From a virus (taxonomy: Duplodnaviria > Caudoviricetes), in IMG/VR virus record IMGVR_UViG_3300037515_000678, positions 1 through 31,439 of that record: a stretch of 31,439 nucleotides of DNA. One strand, written 5' to 3'. Below the pieces are notes generated by a model that was given only the letters and a program-made list of their open reading frames with translations, searched no databases and had not been told where the DNA came from. Below, in pieces: positions 8,470-15,907 of the stretch. Both the position numbers and the translations under genes were made by a program. The first letter of the stretch is position 1. Every line of letters begins with the position of its first letter.

Positions 8470-9515
8470 ACCGCCCTCACCCTCGCTTTCCTGCCGAACC
8501 GCTGGTAGCAGTCCGCCTCGATCGCGGCCACGCCGCGGCCGGTGAACTCCCGCACGTTCTCCCCGCTGCCGGCGACCCGGGCGTAGCCGGCGGTCTCCTG
8601 CAGGAGCTGGTTGACGCTGTACGCCAGCGCCAGGTCCCGGACCAGCGCGGGCGGGACGTGGCGGGTGATCGAAGCGGCGGTGGAGTGCGTCGCGGCGGTG
8701 GTCCCCGCGGCGCCACGCACGACGGTGAGGGTCCGCGGGGCGTAGATGGTGGACCCGGTGTGCGCGGCCAGCACGCTGCCGTCGTAGGCCCGGCGCACGG
8801 TCAGGTTGTTGCCGCTGATGTCCTGGATCAGCATCCGCTCCGAGTCGAGCAGGATCGTCTCCCCCGCCGCGAACGCCGACCCGGTGGTCACCGCCACGGT
8901 GGTGCTCGCCGCCGACGCGGTCAGCGCGGTCTGCAGCGTCTGCCCCGTAGTCAGCATGCTCTTCCCGGTCACGAGCATCCGCTCGTCGTCGACCCGGATC
9001 AGGTGCCCGATCCCGACCGCGGCGGAGTCGGTCACGTCGACCGCGGTCTCGCTGGCGTCCAGCGCCTCGGCGAGCGCGCCGGCCGGCGCGCTGTCCGCAC
9101 TGTGCCCGAACACGCCGGTGATGGCGACCGCGCGCTGCCGGGTGTCGCCGGCCGCGAACGCCGAACTCGAGGACAGGTCGATCTCGATGCTCGTGAACGG
9201 CGGCCCGCTGTTGGCCGGCTCCAGGAAGTAGTCTGCCGGCGGGATGGTCACCCCGCCGGCCACGAGCGCGGAGACGGACACCAGCTCGTCGGCGTCGAGC
9301 CACAGCCGCCACGGCGTGCCGTACGCCGAGTCCGGCCACGTCTTGTACCGGGTCCCGCTCTGCGGCCAGAAACGCCGGTGGCACAGGCCGTCCACGTTGT
9401 CCGCGGCCGCCTCAATGGCACGGTCCACCCGGGCTGCCGCGTAGGCGGTCGCGGCCACGTCGAGCGCGCCTGTGACCTCCTCGCGGCTGCTGTAGCAGGC
9501 CCGGGCGACGGCCAT
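8466..9515 (-). CDS. Head-to-tail adaptor with inserted repeated beta domains
   Basis: N-terminal YSSREEV..DRAIEAA..VDGLCHRRF; C-terminal PALVRDLAL; two internal repeats ending ERML. Confidence 0.75.
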   Translation of the reverse strand: MAVARACYSSREEVTGALDVAATAYAAARVDRAIEAAADNVDGLCHRRFWPQSGTRYKTWPDSAYGTPWRLWLDADELVSVSALVAGGVTIPPADYFLEPANSGPPFTSIEIDLSSSSAFAAGDTRQRAVAITGVFGHSADSAPAGALAEALDASETAVDVTDSAAVGIGHLIRVDDERMLVTGKSMLTTGQTLQTALTASAASTTVAVTTGSAFAAGETILLDSERMLIQDISGNNLTVRRAYDGSVLAAHTGSTIYAPRTLTVVRGAAGTTAATHSTAASITRHVPPALVRDLALAYSVNQLLQETAGYARVAGSGENVREFTGRGVAAIEADCYQRFGRKARVRAV

Positions 9516-9518
9516 CAG

Positions 9519-10049
9519 TTATGTGCCCGGGTTGAGCTCGTTACGGAAGGACATGCGTCGGTCCTCCTCAGTCCCGATCTCTCGGACTAGATAGGGGTCC
9601 TGGCCGAAACCATGACTGGGCGCGTACGGCCGTTCGACGCGCACCTGCGGCGGGCTGTCGCCGTGGTGGTCGGTGCCGCGCTCGCAGGTGCAGGGCACGA
9701 CGGTGTCGTTGTCGTACGCTGCCCGATGCTCAGGTCCGGCTGGTACCTGCACCTGGAACCACTCGCAGCGCTCGTGCGTGTCGACATCCCCGAGCCGGTC
9801 GAACAGCCACCGGCGCCACGACCTGTAGTCGTAGGCGGCCGGCGGGACCGGGAACAGGTGGTTGACGCTAATCGTCCGGTCGGGGTGGTAGCTGTCCGGG
9901 CCGGTAATGGTGATGATCAGCGTCAGGCCCTTGCTGCCCTGCCCGCGGTCGTAGTCCGGGGAGGTTAGGAAGACACGCTGGCCAGGCTTGGGACGGTAGT
10001 TCTTGACCAGCCCGATCAGCGGCTCCGGGTCGGGCGCTTCCTGCCTCAT
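9519..10049 (-). CDS. Hypothetical protein, 176 aa
   Basis: ATG after GAGGG; fills the gap between the depolymerase and the adaptor. Confidence 0.7.
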   Translation of the reverse strand: MRQEAPDPEPLIGLVKNYRPKPGQRVFLTSPDYDRGQGSKGLTLIITITGPDSYHPDRTISVNHLFPVPPAAYDYRSWRRWLFDRLGDVDTHERCEWFQVQVPAGPEHRAAYDNDTVVPCTCERGTDHHGDSPPQVRVERPYAPSHGFGQDPYLVREIGTEEDRRMSFRNELNPGT

Positions 10050-10064
10050 CCCACGCCCTCCCTG

Positions 10065-11630
10065 TCAGCCCTGCGAGGTGACCGCGTAGTCGAAGCCCAG
10101 CACCGCATCGCCCACCGCGGCGACGGAGCTGGACACGGTGAACGCCGTAGCCGACTTCGCGCTCACGTACAGCCCGGCAGCAGCAGCGGCCGCAGTGGTC
10201 GGGGTGATGACGACCGCCGCGGGGGCCCGGCCGAGACCGGACCCGAACGTCACCACGGCCACCGCACCCGCGGCCGGGACGGCGACGGCAGTTGCGGACA
10301 CCGCGCCCGCGTGGTCGGTCGGCGACGTCGAGGCGATCGACTGCGTCTGCGCGCCCGCAGCGACCGTGGCGACGGTGCCGAGGTCCACGGTGGCGTCCAC
10401 ATTCCACGTGGTCCCGACCGTGCCGAGGATCTTGTTGTTCCGACCCCAGACCCGCAACGTCCCGGACGCCCGATTGAGCCGGTACGCGGTGTAGACGCTG
10501 GACCCGGAGACCGCTTCCTGGCTGACGCAGTTGTCGTGGAAGAGGACCGTCGCCACATTGCTGGCGTCGGTGTGGACGTTGAATGCGCGGTACGCGAACC
10601 CCTGCTGGTTGATGCTGTTGTTCGCGACCACGTTGTCATGAACGAAGCTGGGCCTCGTGCCGCCGGTCAGGAACATCAACAGCCCGACGTACGCGGCGAC
10701 CAGAAGCGGCTGCCACGCCGTCGGGCTCGACGACGGGGTGTTCCCCAGGTTGCTGTCGATCAGTGAGTAGTAGGCCACCCCGCCGGACAGGACCGGCGCG
10801 TACCGGTCGTACGTGGTCCCGGCCGCGTAGGCGATGCTGCCGCTGCCCGTGACCCTGCCGAACGACTCCAGGTAGTTGTCGTGGATCCGGGTGGCGTGGG
10901 CGCCGCGAGTGGTGATGTGGTTGTGCCCGGTCGCGTAAACGTGGCAGCCCGAGATCTCCCACCCGACCGAGGTTTCCAGGTGAATGCCGTCCATGCCGCT
11001 GAAACCGACGACGCAGTCCCGCAGGAATCCGTCGGACACCGCGGACGCGCCGGCACCATTCCTGATCCAGATGCCGTGCATTCCCGGCGCGTCGACCAGC
11101 ACCCGATCCAGCCGGCATTCGAAGCCGGGCCCGGCCAGGTCCCCGCCGTTGCGGCGCTCGTCGGTCAGGATCAGGCCGGCGCCGCGGGGGTTGATGATGT
11201 TCAGGTCGTGGGCGTTGCCCCGGAAGTTCGCCATCACCAGGCCGTGGCCGGCGCCCGCGGTCTGCGCCGACTTGTTCCCGTCGATGATCAGGTGGTCGAC
11301 CTCGATCGGCGCGTCCAGCTGGGTGGCGGTGGTCGAGTCGTACGCCTCCGCCACCAGCATCGCGTCCAGGTTCGCGGCGGCCGCCTGCTGGAGGATCGCG
11401 CCGCCGAGCGCCGTCGTACTGGACGTCGGCGACGTCCGCGACCCGTTGCTGGGGTGGGTGGAGGTGTACCGCCGGTTCGGCTTGAGGACCACCGTGGAAC
11501 TGATCGAGTAGACGCCGTTCGGGAAGACGACCTCGTCGCCCGGGACCGACGAATCGATGGCCGCCTGGATCGCCGACGAGGTGAGCCCCCCGACGAGCAC
11601 AGGCGGCCGGTAGCGCTGCAGGACGCTCAC
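10065..11630 (-). CDS. Right-handed beta-helix (pectate-lyase-3-like) glycan depolymerase/spike
   Basis: SSAIQAAIDS..VVFPNGVY start motif; IDGNK; repeated GIxL/I..HDN rungs; C-terminal beta domain. Confidence 0.8.
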   Translation of the reverse strand: MSVLQRYRPPVLVGGLTSSAIQAAIDSSVPGDEVVFPNGVYSISSTVVLKPNRRYTSTHPSNGSRTSPTSSTTALGGAILQQAAAANLDAMLVAEAYDSTTATQLDAPIEVDHLIIDGNKSAQTAGAGHGLVMANFRGNAHDLNIINPRGAGLILTDERRNGGDLAGPGFECRLDRVLVDAPGMHGIWIRNGAGASAVSDGFLRDCVVGFSGMDGIHLETSVGWEISGCHVYATGHNHITTRGAHATRIHDNYLESFGRVTGSGSIAYAAGTTYDRYAPVLSGGVAYYSLIDSNLGNTPSSSPTAWQPLLVAAYVGLLMFLTGGTRPSFVHDNVVANNSINQQGFAYRAFNVHTDASNVATVLFHDNCVSQEAVSGSSVYTAYRLNRASGTLRVWGRNNKILGTVGTTWNVDATVDLGTVATVAAGAQTQSIASTSPTDHAGAVSATAVAVPAAGAVAVVTFGSGLGRAPAAVVITPTTAAAAAAGLYVSAKSATAFTVSSSVAAVGDAVLGFDYAVTSQG

Positions 11631-12061
11631 GTCCGGGCGTCAGCCCGCCTGGTCGGAGCGCCACCCGTCGAACTTGCAGTGGAGGACCCCGCCCGGGCCG
11701 GCTTCGAGCGGCTCCCCGTCGTTCGGGCACGCTTCGGGGGGTCGGTCGCGGGCGGCTCGCCGCTCGGCGGCTGCCTCGCGGGCGATGTCGACGAGCTGCT
11801 CCCACGAGATGGCCGCTCACCCTCTTCCTCATCGTCGGCGTAGACCGGCTCGGACGTCAGGTCGGCGACGGTGCCGACCGTCACCTCGGCCGGCGGGATG
11901 TAGCCGACCTCACCCGGCCCGGCATCGGCGTTCGTCGGTCCGCCGTGCACCGTGATCTTCGGCACCGTCATCTCCTCTCCCAGACCGGGTGTGCCGCAGG
12001 CACGGCACCGGGACAGCCGCACGCTGTACCCGGTCCCGCACCCGCGGCACACCCACACCAT
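11627..12061 (-). CDS. Zn-ribbon protein with a disordered Ser/Thr-rich tail
   Basis: ATG 12061 by TGATG overlap; CRGC..CRAC followed by PKITVHGGPTN; stop coupled to the next gene. Confidence 0.7.
   Translation of the reverse strand: MVWVCRGCGTGYSVRLSRCRACGTPGLGEEMTVPKITVHGGPTNADAGPGEVGYIPPAEVTVGTVADLTSEPVYADDEEEGERPSRGSSSSTSPARQPPSGEPPATDPPKRARTTGSRSKPARAGSSTASSTGGAPTRRADART
11640..11810 (-). CDS. Nested 56-aa Zn-binding protein, ATC start (absent from the ORF track)
   Basis: (M)SWEQLVDIAREAAAERRAARDRPPEACPNDGEPLEAGPGGVLHCKFDGWRSDQAG; in-frame TGA three codons upstream; SD GAAGAGGG 9 nt before ATC. Confidence 0.7.
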   Translation of the reverse strand: MSWEQLVDIAREAAAERRAARDRPPEACPNDGEPLEAGPGGVLHCKFDGWRSDQAG

Positions 12062-12546
12062 CAGGCGACCGTGGCGCCGTCGTCGAGGGGGACGTAGAGC
12101 ATGGTCCACTTCGTGGCGCCGGTGGTGTCCGTGCCGGTGGTCTGGAGCTGCGTCACGCCCGCCGGCAGGACGAACCCGCCGCCGACCGGGGTCTTCGCGG
12201 TCACGTGGGTCGGGACCTCCGTGCCGCCCTCCTTCTGCGTGCCGAGCAGGGCCGCCTGGATGCCGTGCACGGTGTAGAGGGTCCCGGCGGCGTCGGAGGT
12301 GCAGACGGTCGCCCCGCTGATGTCGCCGACCGCGCCCACGGTCGGATCGTGGACCACGTTCAGCGAGTTCACGGTGCCGTCGAACACGACGGTCACCTCG
12401 CCGACCAGCGCGGTGACCAGGATGCGGCCACCGGCGACGGTGAAGAGGGTCTGGAGGCCGGCGGCCGGGAGGATCGCGGACGCCTTCTCGGCCTTGAGCC
12501 CGAACAGGGCCTTCCGGAACGCCGATGAGTCGAGGAGAACACTCAT
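12061..12546 (-). CDS. Putative head decoration/virion protein, 161 aa
   Basis: Beta-rich; ends YVPLDDGATVA; second gene after the capsid. Confidence 0.75.
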   Translation of the reverse strand: MSVLLDSSAFRKALFGLKAEKASAILPAAGLQTLFTVAGGRILVTALVGEVTVVFDGTVNSLNVVHDPTVGAVGDISGATVCTSDAAGTLYTVHGIQAALLGTQKEGGTEVPTHVTAKTPVGGGFVLPAGVTQLQTTGTDTTGATKWTMLYVPLDDGATVA

Positions 12547-12561
12547 TCAGTCCAGCCCCCC

Positions 12562-12975
12562 TCAGACCACGTTCCGGCGCAGGTTCGCCGGTTTCCGCTG
12601 CGCGACCAGGTCGTGCAGGACCGCGATGAGGATCCCGCCGTCCACGGTGACCTCGACGCAGTTGAACCCGGCGGACAGCTGGGTGCCGTCGACCGTGAAC
12701 ACCATGCAGTCGTTCGTCGCGTCCGTGCCGAGGGCGAGGGTGTCGTCCTGCTCGGCCATCGCCGTCCAGGTCCCGCCGACGCCGGGGGCCTTGTGCGGGT
12801 AGACGTCGCAGTCGAGGGCCTGCTCCGACGCCCCCATGATCGATTCCTTGATGGTGGCGATGGTCGTTCCGTCGTCCTCGAACGTCACGAACGAGACGGC
12901 GGACGCGTCCCGGAGCGGGATGTGGATCCCGCTCGCGGCCGGGATCACGTTGAAGACCCTGCCGAGTCCCTTCAC
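12562..12975 (-). CDS. Putative head accessory protein, 137 aa
   Basis: GTG after GAGGA; KGLGRVFNVIP..LHDLVAQRKPANL; directly after the capsid gene. Confidence 0.8.
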   Translation of the reverse strand: MKGLGRVFNVIPAASGIHIPLRDASAVSFVTFEDDGTTIATIKESIMGASEQALDCDVYPHKAPGVGGTWTAMAEQDDTLALGTDATNDCMVFTVDGTQLSAGFNCVEVTVDGGILIAVLHDLVAQRKPANLRRNVV

Positions 12976-12990
12976 TGTTCCTCACTTCTC

Positions 12991-13054
12991 GCAGCGGGGC
13001 GTTACTGCCGCTGCATGGTGGAGTCCCCGCCCGGGGTTTCGGTGCCGGGCGGGG
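12991..13054 (-). promoter_or_regulatory. Two tandem hairpins with related loops after the capsid gene
   Basis: CCCCGCCCGG-caccgaaacc-CCGGGCGGGG and GCAGCGG-cagtaacgcc-CCGCTGC; no U-tract. Confidence 0.55.
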
Positions 13055-13096
13055 CCGTCGTGGTGCCTTGCGGGTCAGGCGTCCGGGGTGACTGTC

Positions 13097-14584
13097 CTAT
13101 GCGCGGGCTTCGAGCTCGACGAACGGGCTCAGTGTCGGGCCGCCGTTTTGCGGGGTGACCGCGTTCTGAATCCAGGGCCGCCCGTCGACGCGCTGGATGA
13201 TGCGGTAGGCGGTCTGGTCGTTCCCGAACTTCCAGTCGGTGCTGCTCGTGGCGGTCATGGTCTGCCGGTCGCCGATGAGGTAGTAGCTGAGGTCGACGAA
13301 CGCGAGGTCACTGCGGTCACCGAGCCGGCCCGCCTTCTCCGACAGGACCAGCGGCCGCCCGAAAATGGTGACGGGCGCCGGGCCGGCGACATTGGACATC
13401 ATGACCGGGCCGCCGCCGGTACCGACACTCAACGCCATCGTGAACAGCTCCGGCAGCACCTCCGGGCTGGCGATCCATATGCCCCGCGCCAGCGAGGACG
13501 GCAGCATCCTGGAGTACATCTTGATGATGTTTTCCAGGACGATGGTGTCTGCGCTCTGGCCGGTCTCCTTCGTCTGAGCGATGGCCGCGCTGTTGCCGGC
13601 GCCGAGGAACCCGAGCGGCTCCCCGACCCCCGTGCCGACCATGAACGCGGCGTCCTCGAAGAACGCGAGCGCCATCGGCCACAGCCGCTCGATCAGCGCC
13701 GCGAACGAGAGCAGGGAGTCCTGCAGCAGCTCGTTCGGAACGACGGACAGGCCGGTGAGCTTCTTCGCGTCGAGGGTGACCCGCCCGAACTTCGCCGAGG
13801 AGTCGGTCAGCGCCGCGGACTCCTCGCCCCAGTAGGCGACCATCCCACCGAACACACTGCCGGCGTTGGTTGTGGAGTCGATCATGGGGAACTCCACCCG
13901 CGCCGCCTCCATCGGGACGACGGTCGCCCGGGCCCGGACCACGGCCAGCTCCAGCGCCAGTTCGAGGAGCGTGGAGCGGAAGGCCTCGGGGACCAGGAAC
14001 CCGCCGTCGGCGGGGATGGTGGAGCCGAAGGCGTTCCGGACCTCCCGGGAGACCCGGGCCATCTTGGCCTGGGTCTCGGGGTCGGTGTTCAGGTGCCAGG
14101 CGTCGCGGAAGAAGTTCGCCATGCCGGCGAACTCCTTGTCGAGCATCGCGCCGGGCGCCGCCCCGTTGTACGCGGTGCCCTGCTTGTGGGAGGTGCGCAT
14201 GCCCTCGGGGCGGGTCTGCGGGTCCAGGTTCAGCCGCTTGATGCCGTCGCCGCCGAGGTCGATCTCGTTGTCGCGGAGCATCTGCGCGAGGACACGCTGC
14301 GTCTCCTCGGCGACCGCCCGGGACAGGTCGGTGTCCGGGCCCTGCGCCTGGTCCGCGTAGGACTGGATGAAGTCCTTCAGCGCGCCGGGGGTGACGAGGA
14401 CGTCGCGCGCCCGGTCCGGGTCGGCGAGCATCTCGGCGAGCTCGTCGCTCGTCTTCGGGACCGGCACGTTCTTCGGCGCGACGGGCGGGGCGTCGGCGCG
14501 GTTGATGATCCGGCCGATGTCGGCCAGGTCGACGCCGTGCGCGGCCAGGTACGCCCGCTGCCCCAGGCTCAGGTTGCGGATCAC
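13097..14584 (-). CDS. Major capsid protein, HK97 fold
   Basis: GTG after GAGGAGG; DGGFLVPE, WGEE, AKKL..PNELLQDS, GTGVGEPLG, IFGRP and RVDG motifs. Confidence 0.95.
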   Translation of the reverse strand: MIRNLSLGQRAYLAAHGVDLADIGRIINRADAPPVAPKNVPVPKTSDELAEMLADPDRARDVLVTPGALKDFIQSYADQAQGPDTDLSRAVAEETQRVLAQMLRDNEIDLGGDGIKRLNLDPQTRPEGMRTSHKQGTAYNGAAPGAMLDKEFAGMANFFRDAWHLNTDPETQAKMARVSREVRNAFGSTIPADGGFLVPEAFRSTLLELALELAVVRARATVVPMEAARVEFPMIDSTTNAGSVFGGMVAYWGEESAALTDSSAKFGRVTLDAKKLTGLSVVPNELLQDSLLSFAALIERLWPMALAFFEDAAFMVGTGVGEPLGFLGAGNSAAIAQTKETGQSADTIVLENIIKMYSRMLPSSLARGIWIASPEVLPELFTMALSVGTGGGPVMMSNVAGPAPVTIFGRPLVLSEKAGRLGDRSDLAFVDLSYYLIGDRQTMTATSSTDWKFGNDQTAYRIIQRVDGRPWIQNAVTPQNGGPTLSPFVELEARA

Positions 14585-15891
14585 GACAGTTGCCTCCTCA
14601 GGGCAGCGAGCGCGTCCTGAGTGGACGGCGCGGGGATCGTCAGGTGGGCGACGGTGTCGCCCCATGCGGGTGCGGTGGTGAGGTGCGCGGTGGCGCCCGC
14701 CCAGCCGTCGGCGGTCTCGCCGTTGGTCTCGTCCTCGTCGGCGGCGTCTTCGTCTTCGTCGTCCTCGGCGGCGGGCTGATCCGGCTCGACCGGGGTCGGC
14801 CCGGGCTCGGGTGCCGGCTCCTCGGCTACGGCCGGCGGACCCGGCGGGTCTGGCTCGGCCGGCTCGGGCTCGGGCTCGGGCTGGACGGTCGGCTCCCCGC
14901 CGGCCGGCGGGTCGGGCGTGCCGGCGGGCGCCGGCCGTGGTTCCGGCTGCGCCGGCTCGGTGGCCTCCGGATCGAGATGCTCCGGCGTCGCAGGATCCGG
15001 CGCGGCCGCGGCGGTGGGAGCGGGAGCGTGCTCGCGGCCGGCGTGCCGGAACACGCTCAGGTCCCACGTCGCCGCGGCGGCCGGCTGGTCCTTCTTCGCC
15101 GGCAGCGGCGCCACCTCGTCCGCCAGACCGGCATCGACGGCCTCCTGCGCGGAGTACCACGTCTCGGCGAGCATCGCCGTGCGCCACTTCTTCGCGCCGC
15201 CGCCGGCCCGGTCGGCGTACACCGACGCGATGTTGGCGGAGATCTTGTCGAGCAGGGCCCGCATCTGCTCCATATCGACGGCCTGACCGATGCACAGCCC
15301 GGACGCATCGTGGATCATCATCTGCGCCTGCCGCTGCATCACGATCCGGTCGCCGGCCTGCGCGATGAAGCTGGCGGCCGACGCGGCGAGCCCGTCGACC
15401 TGCACAGTCACCGCCGCCGGGTGCGACCGGAGCGCGTTCAGGATCGCGATCCCGTCGAACACGTCCCCGCCCGGCGAGTTGAGCCGCACGGTGATCTCCT
15501 CGGCGTCGACCTCCGCGAGCTCCCGCGCGAAGTCGTCGGCCGTGACACCCCAGTAGCCGATCTCGTCGTAGATCCACACCTCGACCGGCTCGCCGGCGTC
15601 GTGGTTCTCGATGCGATACCAGGACCGGTCGGCCCGGACGGAGGGTCGGTGCGCCTGCGGCCGGCGGGCCAGCAGCTCCGCGAGCTCGGCGCCGCCGACC
15701 GGGGGACGGACGGCGTTGACGATCCGCGGGCGGTCGCCCACCTGCTTGACCGTGACCGACGGCAGTAACCCGGGCACCAGGGCGACGGCCCCACCCGGGA
15801 CCACCGCCGACGGCGCCTGCGCGGCCTGCGGCCGGGACGCGGCCAGCTGCGCCAGGGCCTCGCTGCTGATACTCGACCGCCTACGGCTCAC
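14581..15891 (-). CDS. ClpP-type prohead maturation protease with Pro/Glu-rich C-terminal extension
   Basis: IYDEIGYWG, RLNSPGGDVFDG, DGLAASAAS, MMIHDA and ETWYSAQEAVDAGLAD motifs. Confidence 0.93.
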   Translation of the reverse strand: MSRRRSSISSEALAQLAASRPQAAQAPSAVVPGGAVALVPGLLPSVTVKQVGDRPRIVNAVRPPVGGAELAELLARRPQAHRPSVRADRSWYRIENHDAGEPVEVWIYDEIGYWGVTADDFARELAEVDAEEITVRLNSPGGDVFDGIAILNALRSHPAAVTVQVDGLAASAASFIAQAGDRIVMQRQAQMMIHDASGLCIGQAVDMEQMRALLDKISANIASVYADRAGGGAKKWRTAMLAETWYSAQEAVDAGLADEVAPLPAKKDQPAAAATWDLSVFRHAGREHAPAPTAAAAPDPATPEHLDPEATEPAQPEPRPAPAGTPDPPAGGEPTVQPEPEPEPAEPDPPGPPAVAEEPAPEPGPTPVEPDQPAAEDDEDEDAADEDETNGETADGWAGATAHLTTAPAWGDTVAHLTIPAPSTQDALAALRRQLS

Positions 15892-15907
15892 TGTGCGTCT
15901 CCCGTCG

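Noticed and set aside
14780-14900. GGCTCG-type short repeats
   Set aside because: In-frame hexamers encoding the Pro-Glu linker of the protease
14585-15577. 826-aa capsid ORF as a protease-capsid fusion
   Set aside because: The upstream part is Arg-rich off-frame sequence; the protease is in another frame and the capsid has its own SD and GTG at 14584
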